Source of the DNA: Bacillota bacterium
GTDB taxonomy: Bacteria > Bacillota > Clostridia > Tissierellales > Sedimentibacteraceae
NCBI GenBank assembly: GCA_029239575.1
Contig: JARBUP010000001.1
Coordinates: 1-49,684 of the forward strand
Length of the DNA: 49,684 bases
Direction: 5' to 3'
The notes below the pieces were generated by a model. The model made no database searches. It was given only the letters and a program-made list of their open reading frames with translations, and was not told the DNA's origin. A program made the translations under genes and the position numbers. Shown here piece after piece: positions 1 to 9,690 of the stretch; positions within the stretch are counted from its first letter, which is position 1, and each line of letters begins with the position of its first letter.

Positions 1-444
1 AGCAAAAAACTTTTAGATGCAGGTAATGACACTGAATTTTTTGAGAGAAATGAAGGCGAACCTGAAATTATACAAAGAAAAACTATAGAAGAACTTAATC
101 AGAAATTAATTGATGATATTAATAATTTTAAATCAGAAGGATTCGATTCAGTTTCTATAATAACTAAAAGCAAAAAACAAGCAACTGATTTATATTTTCA
201 GCTTAAGGATAAAATAGATGCAACACTTGTGGATTATGTAGAAAATGAAAATATAACAGGGGTTACAATAGTACCTGTATATATGGCTAAAGGTTTAGAA
301 TTCGATGCTGTTATGATTTATGATGTAAGCGAAAATAACTACAGTACAAATTATGACAAAGGACTTTTATATATTGCATGTACAAGGGCAATGCATAAAT
401 TATCTTTATACCATACGAGTAAACTGACTCATTTCTTACAATAA
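1..444 (+). CDS. helD: HelD/UvrD-like RNA polymerase recycling motor ATPase, C-terminal part (5'-truncated by window)
   Basis: Frame is open from base 1; SF1 helicase motifs AKGLEFDAV and LLYIACTRAMHKL, typical of the HelD C-terminus. Confidence 0.75.
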   Translation, partial: SKKLLDAGNDTEFFERNEGEPEIIQRKTIEELNQKLIDDINNFKSEGFDSVSIITKSKKQATDLYFQLKDKIDATLVDYVENENITGVTIVPVYMAKGLEFDAVMIYDVSENNYSTNYDKGLLYIACTRAMHKLSLYHTSKLTHFLQ

Positions 445-486
445 ATAAATGAAATAAAATATTTTATAATAAATGAGTAATAAATT

Positions 487-513
487 ACCCCGAATAAACA
501 AATTCGGGGTTTT
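487..513. terminator. Intrinsic terminator between convergent helD and larA-like gene
   Basis: ACCCCGAAT(487-495)/ATTCGGGGT(502-510) stem followed by TTT. Confidence 0.8.
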
Positions 514-518
514 ATATT

Positions 519-1787
519 TTACTTTTTTAAAAATGGAACTGTATTTCCGCCATAAGGCATTACATATACATTTTTATTTTCAAAATTTACATTTTTAATT
601 AATTCCTCTATATTTTTAAATGCACTTATTTTCATATCTTTTACTACATGTTGATCTATGTCAGTCAGCATCATTACATTTGTTCTATTAGTAACTTCGC
701 AGGCAGCATAGAAAATATATCCTGATATTGTAAATTCTGCTCTTAAGTCTTTGTCCAGTGTTCCATTAGAAAGTGGTTTACACCATCCAAAAAATTCATC
801 TGATCCTCCACCTTCATGACATTCTGCTATAAGTATTATTGTTCCGCCTTCTTTTACACATTTATTAGCGTTAAATAGTGTTTTAGTTGACTGATATAAT
901 GAAATATCTTTAGGAAATCCTCCGCAACTTGCAATAACTATATCTGCTTCATTTTCTATTTTAACTCCGAAATAGTCCTGAATAATATTGCTACTTTCCT
1001 GCCATGACTCTTCAAATTTACCACATATTAAATTGCAATGCTCAGCTTTTGAATTTGTTACTATATTTATACCAAAACAAGGATTTACCATTGCTGCTGC
1101 TTCATTCATATCTTCATTAATAGGATTATTTTCAAGATTACCTACTCCGATTAATGGATTTGACTTAGGTTCTTGAGGGCTAAGTGCATGAATATGATTT
1201 TTATTAATAGTGGTTCTGCTCGATATACCTGGAAGGATACTTTTCCTGCCACCACCAAAGCCAGCCATTAAATGATGAACTGTTCCGCTTATTGTTATAA
1301 CTTTTCTGTTTATAGCTAATTTATTTACCCACACTGGAGTTTTTCTTGTTGTTTCTCCTAAATAAACTAAATCATCAGCATCACAATCATGATTTATTAC
1401 TTTTACTTTATTATATATTTCCTCTGTTACTAATTTTTTTAATTCTTCTTCTGTTTGATGTCTATGCGTTCCTAATGCAACAACAATTACAATATTATCA
1501 CTACTAACTCCTAAATTATGTAAATAATCAATTAATAAAGAAACTATTATATCCTGTCTCATCCAAAAACGAGTGATATCACTTATTATTATTGTTATTT
1601 CATCATCAGCTGAAATTATTTCTTTTAATGCAGGCGAATTCATAGGATTATTTACAGAGTTATTAAACTCTAATTCTATATTTTCAATTGCCTTAATTTC
1701 TTTTTCATATAAATATTTAATTGATTTTGCATTATTAACATTTATATCTACATATTTGTTTCCATACTTTAATTTTATATTTTCCAT
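519..1787 (-). CDS. larA: Nickel-pincer-nucleotide-dependent lactate racemase (LarA) family protein
   Basis: Motifs SDITR, ALGTHR, HHLMAGFGGGRKSILPG, NH, GGFPKD-LYQSTK. Start re-assigned to ATG 1787 (MENIKLKYG, RBS AAGGAAG); the longer ORF runs through the tRNA. Substrate not determinable. Confidence 0.8.
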   Translation of the reverse strand: MENIKLKYGNKYVDINVNNAKSIKYLYEKEIKAIENIELEFNNSVNNPMNSPALKEIISADDEITIIISDITRFWMRQDIIVSLLIDYLHNLGVSSDNIVIVVALGTHRHQTEEELKKLVTEEIYNKVKVINHDCDADDLVYLGETTRKTPVWVNKLAINRKVITISGTVHHLMAGFGGGRKSILPGISSRTTINKNHIHALSPQEPKSNPLIGVGNLENNPINEDMNEAAAMVNPCFGINIVTNSKAEHCNLICGKFEESWQESSNIIQDYFGVKIENEADIVIASCGGFPKDISLYQSTKTLFNANKCVKEGGTIILIAECHEGGGSDEFFGWCKPLSNGTLDKDLRAEFTISGYIFYAACEVTNRTNVMMLTDIDQHVVKDMKISAFKNIEELIKNVNFENKNVYVMPYGGNTVPFLKK

Positions 1788-1811
1788 AGTATACTTCCTT
1801 TTTTTTGTTAA

Positions 1812-1882
1812 AGCGGGTGATGGGAATCGAACCCACACATCCGGCTTGGGAAGCCGAAACTCTACCACTAAGCAACACCCGC
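1812..1882 (-). tRNA. tRNA-Gly (anticodon CCC), CCA not encoded
   Basis: Reverse complement GCGGGTG-TT-GCTTAGTGGTAGAGT-T-TCGGC-TTCCCAA-GCCGG...GTGGGTTCGATTCCCAT-CACCCGC-T folds as a cloverleaf with TTCGATT T-loop. Confidence 0.95.
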
Positions 1883-1909
1883 ATTTATAAAAATACATGT
1901 CCACTTAAT

Positions 1910-1938
1910 ATTATAATTATTTTTTAACGAAATGTAAA
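1910..1938 (-). promoter_or_regulatory. SigA-type promoter of tRNA-Gly(-larA)
   Basis: TTTACA-17 nt-TATAAT on - strand. Confidence 0.7.
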
Positions 1939-1968
1939 GGATTTTTTAAAAATGGAAAAGCAAGTTTA

Positions 1969-2988
1969 TCAGATATGTACTGATAAATTATTTATTTGAC
2001 ACAAGGTATTTACTACTGCAAAAATTAATACTTTTGCTAAATTAGAAGTTGTATTATCTTGGTCAAATCTTGGAGCAACTTCTGCTATATCAAAGCTTAC
2101 TACTTTATTTGATTTAAACATATATTTTAGAAACTTCAATACTGTTTCAGGATCTAATCCTAATGGTTGTGGTGAACTAACTCCTGGCGCAAATGCTGAT
2201 GAAAATACATCGGAACAAATTGTTATATAAATATGATCTTGACTATTTATAAAATTATTAAATTTTTCCATTAAACTCCATTCATCACTTATTGAAATAT
2301 CTTTTTCCAAAATATACTCAACGCCAAGATTTTTGGCAGTTTTAAATAAGTCAACTGTATTACTGTATTTCTGAACTCCTACACACATATAGGAATATTC
2401 TAATTCTTTGTCCGAGCATATATCTGCTATTTGCCTGAACATGGTTCCTGAACTGCCTCCATTAGGATATGGTCTAAGATCAAAATGAGCATCAAAGTTT
2501 ATAATACCAATTTTAGGTTTTGATTCTTTTTGATATAAATAATTTAAAATTCCATTATAATGGCCAAATGCTACTTCATGTCCCCCTCCTAAAACTATAG
2601 GAAAAAGAGATAGGTTTAAAATTTTTTGTACTGCTTTAGCCAATAGTGCCTGACTTTCTTCTAATGTACAATTATCTGAAAGTATATCTCCTGCATCAAA
2701 AATCTTAACTTCCTGATTAAACCAACATGGAAGATTTGCAAGTTCTTTTCTAATACTATGAGGTGCATTAGCTGCACCAAACCTGCCTTTATTAATTTGT
2801 ATACCTGCATCACAGCAAAATCCAATTATACAAAACCCTAATTTACCTTTGAATACCTGCAAGTCATTTTGAGATAAATCAATAAATTCTATCATCTGAT
2901 GCCATCTAAATGCATCAAAATTATTTTCACTATCTATTCGTCCTTTCCAAACATCTTTATCTACAACAGCATAATTATTACTAAACAT
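1969..2988 (-). CDS. hutG: Formimidoylglutamase (arginase family)
   Basis: W-GR-D N-terminus, GR-GA--AP--IR--LANL, LGGGHE, NFDAHFD, APGVS-P, DIAE-AP; start at ATG 2988 after AGGTG. Confidence 0.9.
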   Translation of the reverse strand: MFSNNYAVVDKDVWKGRIDSENNFDAFRWHQMIEFIDLSQNDLQVFKGKLGFCIIGFCCDAGIQINKGRFGAANAPHSIRKELANLPCWFNQEVKIFDAGDILSDNCTLEESQALLAKAVQKILNLSLFPIVLGGGHEVAFGHYNGILNYLYQKESKPKIGIINFDAHFDLRPYPNGGSSGTMFRQIADICSDKELEYSYMCVGVQKYSNTVDLFKTAKNLGVEYILEKDISISDEWSLMEKFNNFINSQDHIYITICSDVFSSAFAPGVSSPQPLGLDPETVLKFLKYMFKSNKVVSFDIAEVAPRFDQDNTTSNLAKVLIFAVVNTLCQINNLSVHI

Positions 2989-3150
2989 TACATCACACCT
3001 TCCCATAAATTATTTTCATTCTAATATTATAACATCTAATAATAGTCGATAAAACTATATAAATATAATAAGAACCTTTAGTATACAAAATATGCTACAA
3101 AAAGGTTCTTTTTTTAACTAACAATATTATTTAAATGTTATAAAATTTAT

Positions 3151-4005
3151 TTATTTTTCAAACTTATTAAAAAACCTTATACGGTTTATTCCTGATGGAC
3201 GATTAAATCTTTTTAATTCATATAATTCATCCTTATTGCCTGATAAAAGATTAACTCCTTCTTTACATGAAAATGTTGATACAAATCCAATTTCCTTAAG
3301 TATATCTTTAATTTCCTTACAAATATATCCGTATGGATATGTAAAAGCTGTTGGTGTATATCCTGTTTTATTTTCTATTAAAACCTGAAAATATCCTATA
3401 TCCTCAAGAATTTCCATTTTATATTTATCAAATGGTTCTCCTTCTATTATACTGCAACCTTTTCTATCCTCTATATCATGCATAGCATATGTATGATTTT
3501 GTATTTCAACATATGGAGATTCAACAAGTTCTTTAACTTGTTTCCAATTTAAATAAGGATTTGTATATTGATCTTTAGAGCTTTTATCCACATATTCACC
3601 AACTATTGATATAACAGCTTTAACTTGATATTTTTCAAGTATTGGAACTATATATGTATAATTACTTAAATATCCATCATCAAAAGTAAGCATAATTGGC
3701 TTTTCTGGTAAATTTTTTTTATTATATTCGAAATCAATTAAATCTTGAACATCTATTGTCGTATATCCTTCTTTTATTAGATATTTAACATCTTCCTCAA
3801 ACTCTTTAGGAGATATAATATATTTTCCTAAACTGTTTTTATTTTTTAAAACTTGGTGGTACATGATTATAGGAAGTCTTATTGAAGGGCTTGTCGATAC
3901 AGGAGTTGATACTGGTAGTGCATTATTTAAATTGCTAAAATATAAAAGCAACACAACCACAGGTAATATTAATATTAATAAATGTATTTTTTTAAAATTT
4001 AACAA
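3151..4005 (-). CDS. Polysaccharide deacetylase (CE4/NodB family) with N-terminal membrane anchor
   Basis: LPIIMYH, LTFDDGY, QNHTYAMH, FTYPYG motifs; hydrophobic N-terminus; TTG start with GGGGTG RBS. Confidence 0.9.
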   Translation of the reverse strand: MLNFKKIHLLILILPVVVLLLYFSNLNNALPVSTPVSTSPSIRLPIIMYHQVLKNKNSLGKYIISPKEFEEDVKYLIKEGYTTIDVQDLIDFEYNKKNLPEKPIMLTFDDGYLSNYTYIVPILEKYQVKAVISIVGEYVDKSSKDQYTNPYLNWKQVKELVESPYVEIQNHTYAMHDIEDRKGCSIIEGEPFDKYKMEILEDIGYFQVLIENKTGYTPTAFTYPYGYICKEIKDILKEIGFVSTFSCKEGVNLLSGNKDELYELKRFNRPSGINRIRFFNKFEK

Positions 4006-4347
4006 AAAACCACCCCATATAATTAGTTAATTTTAAACATATTATATGTTTATGTCATACCGCCTAAATTAATTACTATTGTATTATTGAATAATTAATT
4101 AGTATTAATTATTCACATTTCCACAGCAAACCTTGTTTTTAAAAAAGTTATTAACACATAAATTAAGTAGTACAATTTTTGTTAATTAACTAATTGCTTT
4201 TAAAAATTTTATTTTATCATTTTACGATAAAATGTAACACCATATATACTTATTCATATATTAAAGTATAAGCTTGACTATATATAATTTGCTATTTATA
4301 AAGTTAAGAATTAAAAATTTTTAATTTGCTGAAAGGAGCATCTATAA

Positions 4348-4632
4348 ATGGATAATAATATTAATAATAACTACAACTATCCAGAAAACAATAACGACTT
4401 ATTTGATATGAATCAAGATTTAAACATTCAAAGATTTAATAATAGAAGATACGATTATGATAATAGATTCGACTATAATAGAAGATATGATAATAGATAC
4501 GATAATAGATACGATAATAGATATGATTACAGACATGACCATGATAGATACTATCGCTATCCTTATTGTGATAGGTATGGAAATTGCGAAAATCCAATAT
4601 GGTGGTTATTCTGGCCATTCTTCTTTTTATAA
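4348..4632 (+). CDS. Small N/D/R/Y-rich repeat protein with aromatic hydrophobic C-terminus (possibly spore-associated)
   Basis: Strong RBS AAAGGAG before ATG, downstream terminator; YDNR repeats, C-x5-C, WWLFWPFFFL tail. Confidence 0.7.
   Translation: MDNNINNNYNYPENNNDLFDMNQDLNIQRFNNRRYDYDNRFDYNRRYDNRYDNRYDNRYDYRHDHDRYYRYPYCDRYGNCENPIWWLFWPFFFL
4486..4526 (+). repeat. 12-bp in-frame tandem repeat TAYGATAATAGA (about 3.5 copies) encoding YDNR
   Basis: tatgataataga tacgataataga tacgataataga tatga read directly; further degenerate copies upstream from about 4441. Confidence 0.9.
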
Positions 4633-4664
4633 AATAATAAAACAATTTAAATTTTTAAAAATTC

Positions 4665-4699
4665 TAAAGGAACGGTATTATCCGTTCCTTTAAGTTTTT
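4665..4699. terminator. Bidirectional terminator between repeat protein and pyrE
   Basis: TAAAGGAACGG/CCGTTCCTTTA 11-bp stem. Confidence 0.8.
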
Positions 4700-4707
4700 G
4701 ATTTAAT

Positions 4708-5271
4708 TTAAAATTTTCTGCTTCCTGGTTTAATTGGTTGCGATCCATTTTTACATAAAGGGCAGTTTTGTTCATCATAAGTATCAAATATTAATTCTAC
4801 TGCTGAGTAAATAGGCAAATCAATTTCACTTACTTTTCTATCAACTATACAGCCAATTCCAATTACTTTTCCACCGTGAGACTCAAGAACTTTTGCTGTT
4901 TCCATAGAAGATTTGCCTGTTGTAACTACATCTTCCATTATTAATATTTTTTCTCCTGGTTTAATTTCAAAACCACGTCTTAAAGTCATTACATTATTTT
5001 CTCTTTCAGTGAAAATAGCTCTTACATTTAATTGTCTTCCAAGTTCATATGCAGCAGTTATTCCACCCATTGCAGGTCCTACTACCACATCTATTCCTAA
5101 ATTTTTCACTTTTTCTTTAACTATATCAATTACTGTTTGAGCTTTATCAGGATATTGTAATAGCTTTGCGCACTGGCAATATCTATTACTATGTTTGCCT
5201 GATGACAATAAAAAATGTCCTTCTAATAAAGCATCACATTCTTTTAATATTTCTACTACGTCTGTATTCAT
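4708..5271 (-). CDS. pyrE: Orotate phosphoribosyltransferase
   Basis: [15 protein letters not shown]-binding EDVVTTGKS; pyr operon context. Confidence 0.95.
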   Translation of the reverse strand: MNTDVVEILKECDALLEGHFLLSSGKHSNRYCQCAKLLQYPDKAQTVIDIVKEKVKNLGIDVVVGPAMGGITAAYELGRQLNVRAIFTERENNVMTLRRGFEIKPGEKILIMEDVVTTGKSSMETAKVLESHGGKVIGIGCIVDRKVSEIDLPIYSAVELIFDTYDEQNCPLCKNGSQPIKPGSRKF

Positions 5272-5325
5272 TTTAATCCTCCGAATTTCTTATTTATTAT
5301 TTAATGTTATTTATTCTTTGTAATT

Positions 5326-5343
5326 TTAGGGACAGTCCCCTAA
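5326..5343. repeat. Short REP-like GC-rich palindrome
   Basis: TTAGGGAC-A-GTCCCCTAA in the pyrD-pyrE spacer. Confidence 0.4.
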
Positions 5344-5354
5344 GTCCCTCCCTA

Positions 5355-6257
5355 CTATATTATACCTCTAATTTCATCAAGCGTTTTAATATTATTTTTA
5401 TCCATAAATTCTTCAATTCCATTTATAATATCTATAGCTATATTTGGTTTAATAAAGTTTCCAGTTCCTATTTGTATTAAAGTTGCACCAGCCATTATAA
5501 ATTCTATTGCATCCTCAGCGCTCATAATGCCCCCTAATCCACAAACAGGCACTTTAACAGCCTTACACACTTCATGAACCATTCTTAAAGCTACGGGCTT
5601 AACACATGGGCCTGATAGCCCTGCATAAACATTGTCAAAAACTGCTTTTCTTTTTTTAATATCAATTGCCATTGCTTTTATTGTATTTATTAATGAAATG
5701 GAATCAGCTCCTGCTTCTTCACAAGCAACTGCCATTTCAGCTATATTTTCTGCATTAGGCGACAACTTAACCATCAATGGTTTTTGGCAGGCGCTTTTAA
5801 CTTTTGATACTATTTCAAATGCAACTTCTGATTTAATTCCAAATGCCATACCGCCACATTTTACATTTGGGCAAGATATATTTAATTCTATTAAGTCTAC
5901 ATCAGTATTATTTAATTTTTCAATTCCTGTTAAATATTCCTGCTCAGTATTTCCTCCAAGATTTGCAATTACCTTAGTTTTATAACTTTTCATCTTAGGT
6001 AATTCTTCAGTTATAAATCTATCCACTCCTGGATTTTGAAGACCTATACTGTTTATTAACCCCATAGGTGTTTCCCATACTCTTATACCCGTATTACCCG
6101 GTTTAGAATTTAATGTTAATCCCTTACTGCAAATTCCTCCAAGTAAAGATAAATCATAAAATTCGCTAAACTCTTCTCCAAATCCGAATGTTCCTGAAGC
6201 AGTAAGGATAGGATTTTTAAATTGCATTCCCATTGCTTTTACTTTTAAATCTGCCAT
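5355..6257 (-). CDS. pyrD: Dihydroorotate dehydrogenase B, catalytic subunit
   Basis: [33 protein letters not shown]; start likely ATG 6257. Confidence 0.95.
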   Translation of the reverse strand: MADLKVKAMGMQFKNPILTASGTFGFGEEFSEFYDLSLLGGICSKGLTLNSKPGNTGIRVWETPMGLINSIGLQNPGVDRFITEELPKMKSYKTKVIANLGGNTEQEYLTGIEKLNNTDVDLIELNISCPNVKCGGMAFGIKSEVAFEIVSKVKSACQKPLMVKLSPNAENIAEMAVACEEAGADSISLINTIKAMAIDIKKRKAVFDNVYAGLSGPCVKPVALRMVHEVCKAVKVPVCGLGGIMSAEDAIEFIMAGATLIQIGTGNFIKPNIAIDIINGIEEFMDKNNIKTLDEIRGII

Positions 6258-6269
6258 TTTCTCCACCCC

Positions 6270-7004
6270 TTATATTAATAGTTCTTCTGATAGAAATACT
6301 GGACCATCTTTACATGCTCTTTTATTTCCAATTTTTGTTTCAACAGTGCAACCTAAACAAGCACCTAATCCACATGCCATTCTTCTTTCAAGCGACATAT
6401 AACATGAAACATTTTTAGCTTTACATCCATCAGATATTTTAAACATCATAATTTCAGGGCCACATGTAACTACTGCATCATAATTTTCATAATTTATATA
6501 ATCAGTTACATATCCTTTTTTACCCGAGCTACCGTCTTCAGTGATAACTGTAACTGAATTAGCATATTTTTCAAATTCTTCATTATAATATACACAATCT
6601 TTATATCCTAAATATACATCTGCATTATTTCCTAATTTTTTAGTTAAATATAAAAGAGGTGCGATACCAATCCCGCCCCCAACTACAGCTATTTTTCCGT
6701 TAAGTTCATTTAAATTAAATCCATTGCCCAATGATCCTACTGCTTGGATTTCTTCTTTTTCCCTTAATTTACATATTTGAGTAGTTCCTATACCCTCAAC
6801 CCTATATAAAAATGTAACGGTATTTTCATTTGCATCATTTACACTTATTGGTCTTGGCAATAAAAATGAATTGTCCAATGTTTTAAGCATAAAGAATTGT
6901 CCAGGTTTAATTTCATCTATTTCACTATTAAATTCAATAACAAGTTTATAAATATTATTAAGCACTTTCTCATTGAGAAGTATTTTACTTTTAAGTGTTT
7001 TCAT
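6270..7004 (-). CDS. pyrK: Dihydroorotate dehydrogenase electron transfer subunit
   Basis: PGQF, RPIS, GGGIGIAP, CGP, MACGLGACLGC...C 2Fe-2S motif. Confidence 0.95.
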   Translation of the reverse strand: MKTLKSKILLNEKVLNNIYKLVIEFNSEIDEIKPGQFFMLKTLDNSFLLPRPISVNDANENTVTFLYRVEGIGTTQICKLREKEEIQAVGSLGNGFNLNELNGKIAVVGGGIGIAPLLYLTKKLGNNADVYLGYKDCVYYNEEFEKYANSVTVITEDGSSGKKGYVTDYINYENYDAVVTCGPEIMMFKISDGCKAKNVSCYMSLERRMACGLGACLGCTVETKIGNKRACKDGPVFLSEELLI

Positions 7005-7077
7005 TTTTCCTCCGTTATTTGAGTATCTTCATTAGTTTTCTTATACCCTAATGAATTATACTTAAACAGTTTAAACT

Positions 7078-7941
7078 TTATATATAAGCTCTTATATCGT
7101 CTCTCATCCTTGTCGTTTCTTTTCTTGCACATTCAGCAAAATTACTTTCGCCATCTTCTTCTTTTTTATACGCTAATAATATACCTCTTGATGAATTTAC
7201 AACTGCTCCATTACCATTTATTAAATATGTTGCAATATCTTCTGCTTTTCCTCCCTGTGCTCCGTAGCCAGGTATTAATAAAAACATTGACTTTATTTTA
7301 TTTCTTAGAGAAATTCCTTCTTCATTATTTGTACATCCAACTACTGCCCCTAAAGAACTAAAACCGCATTCCCCCATGTTCTCTTTTGCAAGCTCTTCAA
7401 GTTTTTCACCTACTATTTCATACAAAGGTTCATTATTTTCATCTTTAATATATTGGAAATCTCTTGCACCTTTATTTGATGTACGAACAAGAGCAAAAAT
7501 TCCCTTATCATTATTTTTAAGGTAAGTTATAAAAGGTTCTATACTGTCATTTACTCCCATGTATGGATTTATTGTAACAAAATCAGCTTCAAAATCTCCT
7601 GTGAAATGACCTATAGCATACATCTCAGCTGTTTTAGAAATGTCTCCTCTTTTTATATCTGCTATTGAAATGCAATTTTTTTCCTTAATGTATTTTAATG
7701 TATCTGAATATGCTTTAAGACCTTGCAATCCAAAAGCTTCATAATATGCAATCTGTACTTTATAACAAGCTACTACATCATTTGTACTATCTATTATTTC
7801 TTTATTGAAATTAAAAATTGCTTCTCCAATAGAGTTAAATTTCTGTGCGAAACTTGTTGGAATATAACTGTAATCAGTATCAAGTCCTAAACACACATGT
7901 CCTTTTTCCTCAACTGCTTTATATAATTTATCTACTATCAT
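7078..7941 (-). CDS. pyrF: Orotidine-5'-phosphate decarboxylase
   Basis: CLGLD, DIKRGDI, RTSN, PGYGAQGG, VNSSR motifs. Confidence 0.95.
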   Translation of the reverse strand: MIVDKLYKAVEEKGHVCLGLDTDYSYIPTSFAQKFNSIGEAIFNFNKEIIDSTNDVVACYKVQIAYYEAFGLQGLKAYSDTLKYIKEKNCISIADIKRGDISKTAEMYAIGHFTGDFEADFVTINPYMGVNDSIEPFITYLKNNDKGIFALVRTSNKGARDFQYIKDENNEPLYEIVGEKLEELAKENMGECGFSSLGAVVGCTNNEEGISLRNKIKSMFLLIPGYGAQGGKAEDIATYLINGNGAVVNSSRGILLAYKKEEDGESNFAECARKETTRMRDDIRAYI

Positions 7942-8003
7942 AATATCTCCTTTTATCCTTATAAAAACCGCTGATGAAATTTCATCAGCGTTAAGTAATT
8001 TAT

Positions 8004-8429
8004 CTAATTGCGTTCAAATGCTGTATCACAGTATATGCATCTGTATGTTTTGTTTTCTCTATCTGTTAATTTGAATTTATGTTGTACTTCTTGCTCTATA
8101 GAAGTAATGCATCTTGGATTTTTACATTTAACTATATTTGTAACTTCTGATGGTAGTTCAAGATTTATTTTATTAATTATAACTCCATTGTCTATAACAT
8201 TAATAGTTATGTCCGGATCTATAAATCCAAGCACTGTTAAGTCCATATTAATATTGTCTTCAACTTTTATAATATCTTTTTTTCCTAATTTTTTACTTTT
8301 TGCATTTTTAATTATTGCTACACTACAATCCATTTTATCTAATTTAAGATATTTATATATTTCTAATGCTCTTCCTGCTTTTATATGATCTATTACTAAT
8401 CCCTTATCTACGCTATCTATTTTCAACAT
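8004..8429 (-). CDS. pyrI: Aspartate carbamoyltransferase regulatory subunit
   Basis: G-VIDHI, KDIIK, zinc ligands CKNPRC...YRCIYC. Confidence 0.95.
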   Translation of the reverse strand: MLKIDSVDKGLVIDHIKAGRALEIYKYLKLDKMDCSVAIIKNAKSKKLGKKDIIKVEDNINMDLTVLGFIDPDITINVIDNGVIINKINLELPSEVTNIVKCKNPRCITSIEQEVQHKFKLTDRENKTYRCIYCDTAFERN

Positions 8430-9355
8430 TATTTTTCTACCCCCAGCAATTTCATTATTAAAGCCATTCGTACATACATTCCGAATTTAGCTTGTTTAAA
8501 ATAAGCTGCTCTTGGATCTTTATCAACTTCTACAGATATTTCATTTACCCTTGGAAGTGGATGCAATATAATCATGTCATCTTTTGCTGAGCTTAGTTTT
8601 TCCATGTCCACTATATAGCTATCTTTTAATCTAATATAATCAGCTTCGTTAAAAAATCTTTCTTTTTGTACTCTCGTCATGTATAAAACATCAAGTTCAC
8701 CCATAACATCTTCAAGCTTTTCAACTTCTTTATAATCTATATTATTATTTTTCAATATTTCATGTGTAATATATTCTGGAACCTTCAACTCTTCAGGTGA
8801 TACTAAAACAAATTTTACAGAGCTAAATCTGGATAATGCTTTTATTAATGAATGTACTGTTCTTCCAAATTTTAAATCTCCACAAATGCCTATTGTAAAA
8901 TTATCTAATTTTCCTTTTAAAGATCTAATTGTCAACAAGTCTGTAAGTGTTTGAGTTGGATGCTGATGACCACCATCACCACCATTTATAACGGGCATAT
9001 CCGTTGCCATTGCTGCTACTTTTGGAGCACCTTCTTTTGGATGTCTCATAGCCGCTATATCTGCATAACATGCTATTGTTCTTATTGTATCTGCAACACT
9101 TTCACCTTTTGCAGCTGAACTTGAGTCAGCAGATGAAAATCCCATTATGCTTCCACCAAGTCTTAACATAGCTGCTTCAAAACTTAATCTTGTTCTTGTA
9201 CTTGGTTCGTAAAATAATGTTGCTAACACTTTTCCTTTACAAACATCTGTGTATTCTTCTGGGTTAGCTACTATCTTATCAGCTAAATTTAAAATTTCAT
9301 CTAATTCCTCTAAAGACAAATCATTTGGTTCTATTAAACTTTTTCCTTTTAACAT
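8429..9355 (-). CDS. pyrB: Aspartate carbamoyltransferase catalytic subunit
   Basis: [25 protein letters not shown]. Confidence 0.97.
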   Translation of the reverse strand: MLKGKSLIEPNDLSLEELDEILNLADKIVANPEEYTDVCKGKVLATLFYEPSTRTRLSFEAAMLRLGGSIMGFSSADSSSAAKGESVADTIRTIACYADIAAMRHPKEGAPKVAAMATDMPVINGGDGGHQHPTQTLTDLLTIRSLKGKLDNFTIGICGDLKFGRTVHSLIKALSRFSSVKFVLVSPEELKVPEYITHEILKNNNIDYKEVEKLEDVMGELDVLYMTRVQKERFFNEADYIRLKDSYIVDMEKLSSAKDDMIILHPLPRVNEISVEVDKDPRAAYFKQAKFGMYVRMALIMKLLGVEK

Positions 9356-9362
9356 GCGTCCT

Positions 9363-9393
9363 CCTTATTAGCCTCACTGGACTATTTTAAAGC
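9363..9393 (-). promoter_or_regulatory. PyrR-binding loop overlapping the pyrB ribosome-binding site
   Basis: - strand CTTTAAAAT-AGTCCAGTGAGGCT-AATAAGGAGG; matches the PyrR consensus ARUCCNGNGAGGYU with upstream CUUUAA. Confidence 0.85.
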
Positions 9394-9584
9394 AATATTT
9401 TATTTTTACTTTGTTTGTAGTATAAACTATTCAGCCAAATTTATCCTATTTCTATTCACTTAACAATGCTACATTTTATCTTCATGCTTATATTAATCTA
9501 CATTTTAAAACCTTTAAATTTTACAATTTTACTTTCCTACAACCATTATTTCTTTATTATAGAAAATTGGAACTTTCCTATAAT

Positions 9585-9670
9585 AAAAAAAAGTCTTCCA
9601 AGCATAGCAAGGAAGACGTCATGTCAACGCGTTATAATTCCTTACCAGCCTCTCTGTGCATGTTTAAAGG
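9585..9670 (-). promoter_or_regulatory. PyrR-type transcription attenuator (binding loop plus terminator)
   Basis: CCTTTAAAC-ATGCACAGAGAGGCTG-GTAAGG (9670-9640), then GTCTTCC/GGAAGAC stem with U-tract (9617-9585). Confidence 0.75.
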
Positions 9671-9690
9671 TCTTTTCATTTATTGTACTA

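Noticed and set aside
445-1882. Integrated element at the tRNA-Gly 3' end
   Set aside because: No integrase and no duplicated tRNA 3' end visible in the window.
1788-1904. 39-aa N-terminal extension of the LarA ORF
   Set aside because: It is a translation of the tRNA-Gly gene; the RBS supports ATG 1787.
3070-3115. AAGAACCTTT/AAAGGTTCTT hairpin as terminator or MITE remnant
   Set aside because: The U-tract is on the + strand while both neighbours are on -; too short to assign.
4436-4693. Overlapping ORFs 4436-4645(-) and 4457-4693(+); CRISPR reading of the repeats
   Set aside because: Alternate frames of the 12-bp tandem repeat without RBS; no spacers and no cas genes.
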